Shown here piece by piece: positions 1 through 11,878 of a stretch of 64,000 nt of DNA (positions are counted from its first letter, which is position 1; every line of letters begins with the position of its first letter). Source of the stretch: Vicugna vicugna. Taxonomy: Eukaryota. Position numbers and translations under genes: made by a program. The notes beneath the pieces were generated by a model, which searched no databases, was not told the DNA's origin, and was given only the letters and a program-made list of their open reading frames with translations. The stretch lies in contig MU058584.1 in the NCBI GenBank assembly GCA_013265495.1, positions 310,001 to 374,000 on the forward strand, written 5' to 3'.

Positions 1-939
1 TCCCAAGGAGCCATTGGCGGTGTGGATATCTGTAAAACACCGTGAGTCTCTAATGCTTGTGGGGCTTCTGCACCAGCCCCACAGAAGACAAAATCAGGAC
101 AGGAGCCTGAGCCAGAAGGTGGCAATCATCACTGCTTTTTATGGTCCTTTGGTAGCTCAGTGGCTGCTTTGCAAATTTTCAAACTAGGAGTAGAGTGACA
201 CCTGGTGTCTGGTGTCATTCTTCAAACCCAGCAATTCCCAGTCTGAGTTCATCATCTCCATCCCTAAACCATTTCTCCTCCTTCCCTTTTACTCCCCTGT
301 TTGGGGGCAGGCAGCCTGGTATCAGGTTGAAAACTTCACAGTCATCACCAATAATTTCTTCTCTCTCTCCTCTCACATTCTACCCATTGCCAAGGTCTAT
401 CAATTTGACTTAGGTTGATTTTATGTGTCTTTCCCCTTCTTGTCACTGCCTCTTTTTGGCCCATAAATTCATCTCTCCCACTGCAGTGATTTCTAAGAGT
501 TCTCACCTACACATCACTGCCTGATTAATATTCTTAAAGTACTGTTCCAACAAACCAGTCATCTGCCAGAAGTCAATAGTTCTCCACCACGTGCAGAATA
601 AAGCCCAACATCTCAACCTGCTCATGACTTCGCCCCTGGCTACCCTTCTGGCATTTTCCACTATTCCCTTGTTCTTCAATCCACTCCAGGCTTTCTGCAG
701 CTCAGATGGCTGCTTTTACCCATGTGAATCACTCTTTCAAGAGGGTTGGTTATAAAGAGAAGTAGAGAGACAGAGCAAATGGTAAGAGAGGTGATCAGAG
801 AGGAAGTTTTAATTTGATGAACAGAAATGACTTGAACATGTTTAAGGCAGAGGTTGAAGAGCCCACTGAGGGGGAGGTTAAAAATGTATAGTGGCACCAA
901 CTGAACACCACCTGTGGACCAGAGACTTGACTCTGTTTC

Positions 940-1105
940 ATAAAGAATAATTCATTCAATCTTCTCAACAACTTTACAATGTAGGTACTATTGCTATTCC
1001 CATTTTACAGACAGGGACACTGAGGCCCAGAGAGGAAATATATGAGTTAAAGCCAGAAGGAAGTAGGGCTGAGATTTGAACTCAAGTATGCTCTCTTAAC
1101 CACTT
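940..1105 (-). mobile_element. MIR SINE (ancient)
   Basis: Reverse-complement MIR core: cccattttacagacagggacactgaggcccagagagg...ctcttaaccact. Boundaries approximate. Confidence 0.8.
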
Positions 1106-1798
1106 CATATAAGAGAGCGTGGATAACTAGCAGAGTCGAGTCCCTTAAGAGGTGGAAGGAGGAATAATTCCCAGCTCGGGGTGTTGTGGTCATCCATTGG
1201 CCTTACACAGGAAGAGGAGCACCTCTTCCCTGAGCCAGGAAAGAAGCAGGGTCAGATGAGGATGCCGCAGTTAGAATCATAGATGGAGGAAAGAAGTTGG
1301 AAATGTTCTTGCCAACAGTTCTCTGTTGAGAATTAGGGGGATGTGGTGTGGTAAGGAGCTTAAGGAGAGTAGGGAGAGCCTAAAATAGTTGCTGTGGGGG
1401 AATTAAAGAGTAACTGTGAGAGCCTGGAGTCAGCCTCACTTAACAGAGGTTACAGACCGTAGATTTATAAAGGTCTCAGCCGCACAGTGTGTGCCCTCTC
1501 TTGTCTCATCTATGCCAATTCTAGGTATCACTCAAATACTGTCTCCTTCATGAAACCTTCCCTGATCCCTCTTACAGGGTGTGAGTTTTCCCACATCCTT
1601 TTGACTCTTTCGTATGGTCCTTATATTAATAACCTTATATGACAGTTGGATTTGTACATGTGTGTCTTCCTTGGATTGAAGAGTCTCTAATGGCAAGGAT
1701 GATGTCATACTAGTTTTCTGTCCCTCGACAGGGCCAAGGACATTCTGTTTTATCAGAGTTGCTCATTAAAAGCTATTCCCTTATCGCTTGACTGTTCC

Positions 1799-1814
1799 CC
1801 TCCAGGTGGCGCTA
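1799..1814 (+). promoter_or_regulatory. Candidate CTCF site
   Basis: cctccaggtggcgcta closely matches the CTCF core CCASYAGRKGGCRS and keeps its CpG. Motif only; binding not shown. Confidence 0.55.
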
Positions 1815-2342
1815 GTTCTTTCCTTTATTTTCCCTCCCTTATGATTCTTCCATCTCTTTCTATCTGTGCCCCAGAATCTCTTTTAGCTGTTTCTATTTTT
1901 TAATTCCCACTTAAACTCTCAGGTTACTAATGGTGGCCATGAGCACTGCCTTGCTGATCAAGGTCCTCTTGAGGCTAAGAGGTTGTGTGGAACAACTCTA
2001 GAGCAAATGAAGATCTTGCAACAAATGGAGGTGGTAATGTATCTGAACATCCTTGGGGATATGTCACTGTACTTCTTATAGATGTAGGGGGACCTTGATG
2101 AGAGTGGGCCCAAAATGGATAAAAAGAAAAATCTTTAGTTACTGTAGGCAGAAAGGATATTTAACTGAATAGTGTTACACAAGGACCCCACAACAGCCTT
2201 ATTTCTACTCAGTTCATTTTTTCTGTTTTTTTCTTTCTTTAAATGTTGCCCCTAAAGTGCCATGGCATAGCCAGAAGACTTGCCTCACAGAATTCAACAG
2301 TAATTGAGGTAAAACTCTAAGACATGAAGGAAAACTCCCCAC

Positions 2343-2861
2343 ATGATAGGCTGAAAAATTACGGCCCACCTCCTCCAAAAAAAGATATCCACATCTTAAT
2401 CTTTGGAAACTGTAAATGTTACCTTATTGGAAAAGAGCATCTTTGCAGATTGTTATTAAGGGTCTTGAGATGGGGAGACTCTCCTGGCTTACCTGGGTGG
2501 GCTGTAATTATCACCCCAAATGTCCTCCTTGGAGAGATGCCGAGGGAGAGTTGATACACACAGAGGAGAAAGCAATGTGAGGAGGGAGCAGAGAGAGATT
2601 TGAAGATGCTGGCTTTGAAAACTGGAGTAATGCAGCTCCAAGGCAAGGAATTCCAGCATCCACTAAAAGTCAGAAGAAACGAGGAACAGACTCTCTCCTA
2701 CAGCCTGTGGAGGGAGTTCAGCCCTGTCAACACCTTGATGCTGGTCCAGTAAAGCTGATTTCAGCCTTCTGGCCTCCAAAACTGTGAGCGAATACATTTC
2801 TATTGTTTCAGGCCACCAAGTTTGTGGCAATTTGTTACAGCAGCCACAGGAAAGTAATACA
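2343..2861 (+). mobile_element. MLT1 (C/D-like) ERVL-MaLR solo LTR
   Basis: Typical start (aggctgaaaaattacggccc...aaagatatccacatcttaatc) and typical end (tttgtggcaatttgttacagcagccacaggaaagtaataca). Confidence 0.85.
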
Positions 2862-2876
2862 CTACACCACTAAAGA

Positions 2877-3403
2877 TGAGGTGCGAAGCCCCATGAAAAA
2901 GATGGCAAGACCCCCTGGCAGGGCCACTACCCTCTTGCCAGCATCATTCAGTTCTCTGGCCCTGCAGCATTATCTCACTTTTTAAACTCTGAAACGGCTT
3001 ACTTCTAGGAAAGCAGAACTTGTCCCTAAGATTCTATTGGTTCCCTGAGCTAACTCCTGACTGGTCCATTTTCCTCACTCCTGATTGGTCCATTTCTCTC
3101 ACTCCTGATTGGTCCATTTCTACAAAGCTTGTTCCTAATTAATCACCTTTGTTATACCTTATTTGCATATGATGTTACAAAATGTTGCAAAGTCTAGACT
3201 GGTAACCTATAAAAGCCTGTGTAAACCTACAGACGGGGTCCAGAGCTTGGAGTGTTAACTCCTCTGGGCCGGCTGGCATAATAAACCTGAGTTCTCCAAC
3301 CCTCCAAGTGCTGCTTGATCTCTCACCTGGATCCAGGTTGCTGCCACAACTGAGCTATAACACTGAGCTGTAACACTGAGCTGTAACACACTTTGCTGCA
3401 ACA
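2877..3403 (+). mobile_element. ERV1-type solo LTR
   Basis: TG...CA termini with a 4-bp direct repeat aaga (2873-2876, 3404-3407). Contains ~23-bp tandem units with attgg, ATTTGCAT at 3161, TATAAAA at 3208, AATAAA at 3280 and a 13-bp tandem repeat near the 3' end. Confidence 0.8.
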
Positions 3404-3816
3404 AAGATAAGCCATTCCCTGCTGACAAGTAACCAAATGGAGGGCATTTTGCTGATTATACTGGAAGAAAGAAAAATCTCATTGCTATTTTGGTTTACAA
3501 GACTCTGACAATTTTAGACAGAGGCTGCAAAACAGTTGTGCCTCTGGTAAGAAATGCAGTGATGAACAGATCCCTCCATTCCAGAACAGACGCATATGGA
3601 GTAAGAACAGCATAGGCCACTCAGAAGAGGATCAGCTGAGTCTGGACAGTGAAAGAAAAGAGAAATCCAGATTATACCACAACAGACACAAGCCCCTTAG
3701 GCATATTCAGGTAAAGTTTTTTCTATCTCTCTCATAGGGAAAATTTGAAGTTAACATAAAAAAAAATCAAATGTGAAGTGACTATTTCATGCTTAACTGA
3801 TGATAACCAATTGTAC

Positions 3817-3922
3817 TTTTTTTTTATTTTCTAAGGATAGATTTAACTATCCCATTTTTATTTATTTTTAATTTTTATTTTTTAAATTTATTGAAGTATA
3901 TAGTCAGTTATAATGTCTCAGT
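3817..3922 (-). mobile_element. Very short young L1 3' end with two T-rich tails
   Basis: tttattgaagtatatagtcagttataatg is the L1 terminus seen elsewhere in the window. Flanked by accaattgtactt / atcagttgtactt (11/13 match). Confidence 0.6.
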
Positions 3923-4951
3923 TATCAGTTGTACTTGATTCCTCATTTGTTGATGTGAGCTCAGTTACTTTCAATTAGTCCTTGTGCTATTTTCATAAGC
4001 TCCTGAGGTTAAAAACTCCTCTGATATTGTTATGGATAATTCTGGACCCAGTGGGCCCCACCTGAGGACAGCAGTCAAGGTCTGTTGCTCAGAGAATACA
4101 AGCCAGATAAGTGGTACCTCTTTGAGAATGCTGCTTCACAAGGCTTATTCCAGGGTGCATGGACAATCCATTCACGAAAGCAAGGTAGGGTAAAAGAGTA
4201 GCCAGCTGATAGTTTCTGAGAAAACAGACATAAAAGATAAGCTCCTTTTTGGTAAAAGGAAAGAATCAAATCAGAAGTGTGATCTCTCCCTGTAAGAAAG
4301 GAATCTGCTTTACTTAAATGGAAACAGAACAACTCCCTCTTCTGGCTGCAATGGAGTAACTGATAACAGACTTGGACTCCCATGGTAAACAACTAGAAAA
4401 CGAGACAAAATGTTTGAAAACAACGGCTTCAGACATTGCACAACAGACAGCACAGAACTATGATCCCTGAGAGAAAGGAAACAAATAAAGTGAAACCTAC
4501 AATGAACACAGTTTCCTGCCTGGGGGCGCTTTCTGGAATGTGATGCAGAGGTGGGAAACCCAAGAAAATCATAGCAGTCTGAGTTGAGGAGACAGCGTTC
4601 AGGGAGGCCAAGACAGCTTAAATGTACAAGGCAGCGTACCAGAAAGAAGGGAGCTATATAGAGAAAGAGATTCAGAAATATGCATAAGATTTCCTTTTGA
4701 ATCCTTGGATGAACACAAAGCTGTACCTATGTAGAATAAAACTCCATGAAGGCTATGCAAATAAAATTATAAGAGAAGAAGCAATTACTGGAGAGGTATA
4801 AGATGAGTAATTGCTAGAGTTCACACACGTTGAGCAGATATGTAATTTCTGACCATTCAAAGTGGAGGACCTCGTCTAACATCCATGCATTCAGTAGAAC
4901 CCCAAGATAATTATGCTTTAGTATTAGGAGTAAACTAGACCAGAGTAAAGG

Positions 4952-5148
4952 CAGTGGTGTTGGAGCTGGCTCAGGCTAGGTGGTGGGAGCCAATTGTGCA
5001 CATCTCCTCCCAACTCCACCTTCAGTGACATCATGTTGGTAGCTGGAAATCAGCCATTGTGGAATATTTACATCAAGGAAATCAGCATACACTATAAACC
5101 TGGGCTTTTCCCTCGTAAAGTTGGTTGTTAAACATTTACCAGCATACC
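4952..5148 (+). mobile_element. MER63A-like hAT DNA transposon
   Basis: cagtggtgttggagctggctc...gccaattgtgcacatctc...ggttgttaaacatttaccagcatacc matches the MER63A consensus as I recall it. Confidence 0.75.
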
Positions 5149-5900
5149 TGTGGAGTCACAGAAAGACTTTTAGTTTTATCCTCTGGTTCCTAGTGCAGAG
5201 TTCCTAAAATCCTTGGAAATTCCTGAGCGATAAGAGTAATAAGAGTGTTTTTCATTCTAATGAGGTGACTCTTACCAGGTCTCTAGATGGCTTCAGGATG
5301 GGAGTGGATCTGGTTTCCAGAAAGACCAAGCTTTGATTGAAACTTTTAGCCTACCACCCAACCTCTGGGGAAGTGAGAGGGGCTGGAGATTGAGCTAATC
5401 ATCAATGACCAGTGATTTAATCAGTCATGCCCACGTAAAGAAATTTCCATTGAAAAACCCTAAACAATGGGGTTTGGAGAGCTTTCTGAATTGCTGAACA
5501 TATTAATGTGGTGGGGGGTGGGATGCACCCCACTGGGCCCTACTATCTTTCTCTATACATCTCTTCCATTTGGTTGATCCTGAGTTGTATCCTTTATAGT
5601 TAACCAGTTACAGTAAGTAAAATGCTTTCCTGGGTTTTCTGAGTTGTTCTCGCAAATTATTGAAACTGAAGGGGGAGGAGTCATGGGAACCTTCAACTTT
5701 ATAGCCAAAATTTACATAAGTGTAGGTAACCTGAGGACTCAATACTTGCAACTGGTGTCTGAAGTGAGGACAGTCTTGTGGGACTGAGCCCTGAAACCTG
5801 TGGGGTCTGACATAATCTGCAGGTAATTCGTGTCAGAATTGAATTGCATTGTAGGACACCTAGCTGATGTCAGAATTGGTTGGTGTCAGGAGGGAAAAAA
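5149..5900 (+). mobile_element. MER21-like LTR
   Basis: ggttcctagtgcagagttcctaaaatccttggaaatttcctgag...gtgtcagaattgaattgcattgtaggacacctagctg; homologous to the copy at 9687-10490. Confidence 0.75.
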
Positions 5901-6298
5901 CATCTCAATACTACTGAGTAAAACCTATTGAAAGTCTACCCTTAAAAAATGTTTTTAAAAGTCTCAAGGTGATCTACAAGTAACTTAACTGCCTCTGGAA
6001 GCAAAATTAAACCTTCTTTAAAGAAAGGCATCAAAATACAATCAACAGTGTAATATTCAAAATGTCCAGCATCTAATAAAAATTACTAAACATACTAAGA
6101 AGCAAAAAGGTGTGGTTTGTCACAAAGAGAAAAATCAGTCAATAGAAACAGACCCAGGTGGAGTTAGTAGATAAAATTTTAAGCAGATATTATAAATATG
6201 CTCAAGACTTAATGGAAAAACATATAGATTGTCTCATACAACAAAAAACAAATAAACAAACCAAGCTGTAAAAAGATTTACTGTAAAATATAAATATG

Positions 6299-6408
6299 AG
6301 GGGTGAGGGTATAGTTCAAGCGGCAGAGTGCATGTTTAGCACTCATGAGCTCCCGTGTTCAATTTCCCAGTACCTCCTCCAATGATAAATGAGTAAACCT
6401 AATAAAAA
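6299..6408 (+). mobile_element. Camelid tRNA-derived SINE (Vic-1-like)
   Basis: gagggtatagttcaagcggcagagtgcatgtttagc...gttcaatttcccagtacctcc, with A/B-box-like elements and an A-rich tail. Confidence 0.8.
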
Positions 6409-7036
6409 TATATAAATATATTTATATAAAAATATATATTATATGTAAATATGAGAAGGGAAGTGAAAGATATGAAAAAAAGAATCAAATGGACTCTCTA
6501 AAGCTGAAAAATACAGTATCTAAAGTGAAAATTTCACTGGATGGACTTAATAGTATATTAGAAACTATAGAAGAAAAGATTATTAAACTTGAAGACAGCA
6601 ATAGAAATTATTTAAATTGAACATCAGAGAGGGAAAAAGCTACGAGAAAAAACCCACAAGAGCAAACAGACACAGCGAGTTGTGGGACAATATCAAGTGG
6701 TATAAATATGTGTAATTGGAGTCATAGGAAGAAAAATATTTCAAAGTGTAGTGAATGAAAAACCTCCTTTTTGATGAAACCTACAAACCTAATTATCTAA
6801 GGAGCTAAATGAAGTAGAATAAACACACACCCCCCACAAACAAAAACCAAAAAGGAACATAATTTTAAAAATTGTTGGAAGCTAGTAGTGAAGAGAAAAA
6901 TCTAACTAAGAATGAGTCTGCACAAGACTTAGGTTGAATAAGCCTAGATTTTCATTCATCACAGCTGTACGAACGGGACATGTTCCCCCTTCTTGGGCTA
7001 TAATCACGTATCTTTTGAGGGTCAAGAATGAGTCAG

Positions 7037-7278
7037 AAAAAAAATGTTTTTTATAGATGAACATTTTCAGTTGATCTGATGATAGAGAACACTAACTTTG
7101 AACCCCACTTAAGGGAAATGTTATCCCATTAATAAAGAATTCTATTCTTCTCATTTGTACACCAATACAACAAAATATCATATTCAATTATATTCTGATT
7201 TCATCAATAAAATTTATGAAAACTATAAAAAATAAAAGGTGAGTCTATATGTCAGACCAAAAATAAATAAATAAACAA
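7037..7278 (+). other. Probable retroposed non-L1 fragment with poly(A) signal, A-rich tail and TSD
   Basis: Flanked by aagaatgagtcag (7024-7036) and aagaatgaatcag (7279-7291). AATAAA at 7231-7236, about 22 nt before an (aaat)n tail. Confidence 0.5.
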
Positions 7279-7918
7279 AAGAATGAATCAGCAAACTCCT
7301 ACCAAATTAAAGATGCAGATTGTCTAATTTAACTCATTCTATCTTAAAGATCTGATACCTAATTATAATTTTCTATATTAATTTTCTTTTTCTTGGTCAC
7401 ATAATTAGCTTACTCCTCATCTGTACTGGTGATTGTACTAATCACATGTACTTATATATAAATGTCTTATCAAAATATTCTACTTATAGATGATTGTATA
7501 AATGTAAAAGTAAGATGAGGGTAGATCTGACATGATGATGGTCTGATGTCATGATAAGAAGAAATCTGAGGATATTTAAATCTTCCCAATTTTTTAATGT
7601 TATGTTTTCATTTGAAAATATTTTAAAAGTCAGATATAAGGATATTCCAGAACAGGGCTCACATTTACTTTGGTGTTCATGACTGTGTTTTTACCCAGTG
7701 ACCCCTTAAGTGACAGTGCTTGATTTTTAATGTGTTGTAATAAAGTCTGACGTGTTCTAATGTCAAAATGGTCACTGACTTATTATTATTATCATGTTGA
7801 ATTCTTTTAGTAGTTTAAGGACAAAACTTTTCTTCTGCAATGATAATTCCTGCTGCAACATCAACTGGTCGACCCTTGGCACAAATGCATTATTCACAGT
7901 TTTAAAGAAGTAAAACTG

Positions 7919-8125
7919 TTTTTTTTTTTTCAATTGAAGTACCGTCAGTTACAATGTGTCAATTTCTGGTGTACAGCACAATTTCCTAGTCATGCATATA
8001 CATACATATATTCTTTTTCATATTTTTTTCATTAAAGGTTATTACAAGATATTGAATATAGTTACCTGTGCTATACAGCAGAAACTTTTTTTTAAATCAA
8101 TTTTTATATGTAGTGGCAAACATTT
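7919..8125 (-). mobile_element. Young L1 3' end (5'-truncated)
   Basis: Poly-T, then caattgaagtaccgtcagttacaatgtgtcaatttctggtgtacagc. Imperfect TSD agaa(g/a)taaaact. Confidence 0.9.
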
Positions 8126-8495
8126 GTGAGAAATAAAACTCTTGAATATAGCGTTGATGCCTCAAGTGCAGATTATTTTGAGTTCGGCATGTCTGTGCCC
8201 TGTGACATCATTCTCCCTCCATTTTTCTCTATTTGGATTACTAGCAAGGTGCACTCCACTTGGTGCAAATGCAAACGCAAACACAGGTCTCAAAGTATGT
8301 GGCAGTACTTGGTTATACAATGACACTCCAGACTGATCCCCCAGTACACTTTCTATTGCATTTCTCCCTTTTTAAAATGAAACTGAAGCTCAGAAATGTT
8401 AAGTGACATTTCAGGGTTGCAGAACCACTAAGCAACAAAACCATAATTTGAATGTAGATACTATGCCTCCAATTATAACGCTTTTTCCACTATCC

Positions 8496-9380
8496 CAGTG
8501 TTTCCCAGGTTGGTATGCATACCACTGGTGATATGTCTGGTTATCTTAGGTGATAAATAGGAAAACATTTTTAACAGTTGTATTAGTTAAATGTGTATTC
8601 AAAAATATAATTCATTATGCATCAAGACTTTGATTTCTTAGGTGTTTGCATAGGACAGGGTTACAGTAATTATTACCATGGAATTCTATTTTAGTGAGAA
8701 CACATAAAACATATGATATTCTCAGGCAAGCATATGGATGTTTCCATATGACATATCCATAACTGAATCTTCTGTTATATAAAATTATTGATGTTAGAGA
8801 TGACATAGATCACTTATATGGCTTCTCATATATTGAGCTCTTGCATTCTTTTCAGGAAAATATTGAATTCTTTCTTTCATAAACTCTCAGTTATTTGTAA
8901 AATCAGTAAGAAAGCTTGTTTTTCATATATAATCTATTGCAGCAATAGGAAAATTTACTTACTGATACCAACACAGGGAAATCTTTCCCAGCAGAGAACT
9001 GCGTGAAGATTTAACAGATCTGTTGAAATTGTCAATCACATTAAGAGCAGGCCAATATATTCTTGACTTTTTTCCCTCAGATAGGTGGTGTCCATAAGCA
9101 ACACTTGTTTCATACTGAAGTTCAGTGGCGTTCACGAGAAAAAGCCCTGTCTTGTTTATTTTAGTTGCAAAAAGAACTTCAGAACTTCCAGAAGGAATCC
9201 ATCACTCCATATGATTGTGGGCATTACTGAGACTGACTTTGCAAACTAGCATATCTCACAGATATATTTGTTCTTCAAGAAAAATTTAAATTTTTCTTTT
9301 CAGGGCAAGCTTATAAAAATATATCAAGTACATGCAATTCTCAGGAAACTGGGGTGTGGAATACACACCATAATTGTGTG
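8496..9380 (+). mobile_element. hAT-Charlie DNA transposon fossil with a decayed transposase segment
   Basis: hAT-like terminus cagtgtttccca at 8496. Manual translation gives HREIFPSREL, VEIVNHIKSRPIYS*LF, HTEVQWRSREKALSCLF*LQKEL (from 9111) and LAYLTDIF, in the order of Charlie/Buster transposase motifs. Confidence 0.8.
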
Positions 9381-9686
9381 GTCCTTGGTTCTTTTTCTTA
9401 TCTAAGTTACCCGGCTATTGTTTAGATTTCTGAGGTTCCCAATAACATCTGTTCCTCCTGTATGCTCTCCATATGTGACTTGCTATACCTACTTATTAGT
9501 TCTAGTTCATTTTTTATAGATCCATCAGGATTTTCTACGTAGATGATCACAGGTCTGAGAATTAAGATAGTTACCTCTTCCTTTTCAATCTGTATGCATT
9601 TTATTTCTTTTTCTTGCCTTATTGCTAGGACTTCCAGTATGATATTGAATAGACACTAGAGAAGACTTGTTCCTAGTCTGAGAGGA

Positions 9687-10490
9687 TGTGATAATGTGAT
9701 TTATAATAAGAAATATATATTTGGTTTTCATCTCCATTTCTAGTACAGGGCTCCTAAAACCCTTGGAATTTCCTAAGTGATGAAAGCTGTAAAGATGTCT
9801 TTTGTTCTAATAATTGGGTGACTTTTGGACTCCACATAAGGATATGAGCTGGTTGCCAATGGAATCAACTGTGTGATTAGAGAGTTGGAAATTTCACTCC
9901 TGCCCCTCTGAACTCTGGGGAAGTGGAGGAGTTGGAGGCTGAATCAATCACCAGTGACAAATGATTTAATCTGTCATGCCTATGTAATGAAGCCTCCATT
10001 AAAAACCCAAAAGGATGGGGTTCCAAGAACTTCTGGGTTGGCAAACACGTGGAGATCTGAGGAGAGTGGTCCTCTTGGAGAGAGCATGGTTGCTGTATGC
10101 CCTTTCCCCTAGACCCTGTCCTATGCATCTCTTCCATCTGGCTGTCCCTGAGTTACATCCTTTTATAATAAACTGGTAATCTAGTTAAGTAAAACATTTC
10201 TCTGAGTTCTGTGAACTGCTCTAGCAAATTAATCAAACCCAAAAAAGAGGTGTGGGAACCTCTGATTTACAGCCAATCGGTCAGAAGCGCAAGTGGCAAC
10301 CTGGACTTGAGCTTGGCATCTGAAGTGGGGTAGGGGTTGAGGGGCAGGCTTGTGGGACTTGACCCTTAACCTGTGCAAGTTAATGCTATCTCCAGGTAGA
10401 TAGTGTCAGAATTGAGCTGACTTGCAGGACACTCAGCTAGTGTACAAGAATTACTCGGTGTTGCAGAGGAAAATCTCACGCATTAGAACT
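9687..10490 (+). mobile_element. MER21-like LTR inserted into an old minus-strand L1 fragment (about 9480-10570)
   Basis: ggctcctaaaacccttggaatttcctaagtgat...gtgattagagagttggaaatttca...gatagtgtcagaattgagctg. L1-like sequence resumes on both sides. Confidence 0.8.
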
Positions 10491-11460
10491 GATGATCTAA
10501 TCTCCCTTTAGGAGAAAAAAATTCAGACTTCCACCATAAGAATAATGTGAACTGAAGTTTTTCATAGATTTTCTTTTTTTTTTTTGTATCATCTGTTTTA
10601 ATTCTCCCATCAAGCTTAGTATTTGGGAAGAATTATCCCCATTTACAGATAAAAATACTGAGGCTTAAAGAAGTTGTATAAATTTCCTACAGTCATGCAG
10701 CTAGCAAGTGGCAGTCTAGACTCCAATGCAAGTGCTATTTCAACTGGACCAATGATCCAGTTTGTTGAGTACCTGGTGCTTTATTCAATTTAAATCATTT
10801 GTTTAGTAAACAAGTATGGAGTTCATACTTTGTGCTGTACTTTGAAAGTACAAAGCACTAGAAAAAAAGGTATTTATTTGTATTCACAATATTTTTAAAA
10901 TGAACATGATACCCACATTATTTTGAACAGATTACTCAGAAAGATAAGAGGAAGTCACTTTACCGATGAAAGTAATGTTCAGTCAGGATGGTACGTACCA
11001 TTAAGCATCAAAGAGATGCTGAGTGTTAGTTCAGTAAAGCATGGGTCTGTGTCTCCAGAGATAATGTGTGGTAACAACTATGCATTTGATAGCTGTATTT
11101 ACCCTTATTGAAGAACATACTAATTCTGCTCAAATACAGGCTGTACTTAACAGAGCAGCATCACTGATTTCACAATTGCCAGTGTCTTCTCTAAGCATCA
11201 GAGAATATCCTTTCTGATTTTATTGGGAGTTAATTTATTCATATTTTCAGCATTGTTGATGAGGAAATTTTAATCTTAGGTCTAGTTTAAAAAAATCTTT
11301 GTACATATGTATGTTCTAGTTTACTCATTTGAAACTGAAGGATAATTTGCAAAGTGAAAATCAGCTCATCTTTTTCCTTCAGCTCATGCATAAACATGAA
11401 GTGGAAGGGGAAGATTATGGAAAACAATCACAGAATGTTAGGACTAAAGAGACCATGGTG

Positions 11461-11878
11461 AATGCCATTGGCAGCAACATGGATGGGCCTGAAGATCGTC
11501 TTTCTAAGTGAAGTAAGCCAGAAAGAGAAAGAAAAATACCATATGATATCACTCGTATGTGGAATCTAAAAAAAAAAAAGACAAATGAATTTATTTACAA
11601 AACAGAAACAGACTCACAGACATAGAAATCAAACTTATGGTTACCGAGGGAGAAAGGGATAATTTGGGAGTTCGAGATTTGCAGATAATAACCTACTATA
11701 TATAAAATAAATAAACAAGTTTATACTGTTTAGCACAGGAAACTATATTCAATATCCTGTAGTAATCTATAATGAAAAAGAATATGAAAAGGAATATATG
11801 TATGACTGAAGCATTATGCTGTACACCAGAAACTGACACAACATTGTAAACTGACTGCACTTCAATTAAAACAAACAA
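11461..11878 (+). mobile_element. Young L1 3' end with perfect 15-bp TSD
   Basis: aaagagaccatggtg at 11446-11460 and 11879-11893. Contains the ORF2 end and 3'UTR (tgctgtacaccagaaactgacacaacattgtaaactgac). Confidence 0.95.

Larger units (their letters stand above)
4390..6900 (+). mobile_element. Old L1M 5'UTR/ORF1-region fossil, interrupted by MER63-like, MER21-like and SINE insertions
   Basis: A-rich decayed L1 motifs: aaaatcagtcaatagaaacagaccca, gaaaatttcactggatggacttaatag, tgtgggacaatatcaag. No intact ORF. Confidence 0.7.

Noticed and set aside
1..2300. Exons of the upstream neighbour gene (OLFML2B in human)
   Set aside because: No recognisable coding sequence or second CpG island in the window.
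3034..3389. Short direct-repeat arrays resembling CRISPR
   Set aside because: Head-to-tail 23-bp and 13-bp units with no unique spacers, inside an LTR in mammalian DNA.
6299..6380. tRNA gene (also at about 38950, 39790, 54240 and 59370)
   Set aside because: These have A-rich tails, TSDs or degenerate stems, so they are tRNA-derived SINEs.
5149..10490. Two MER21-like LTRs as the ends of one provirus
   Set aside because: They are clearly diverged from each other, each sits in a different host L1, and the interval has no gag/pol/env-like sequence.
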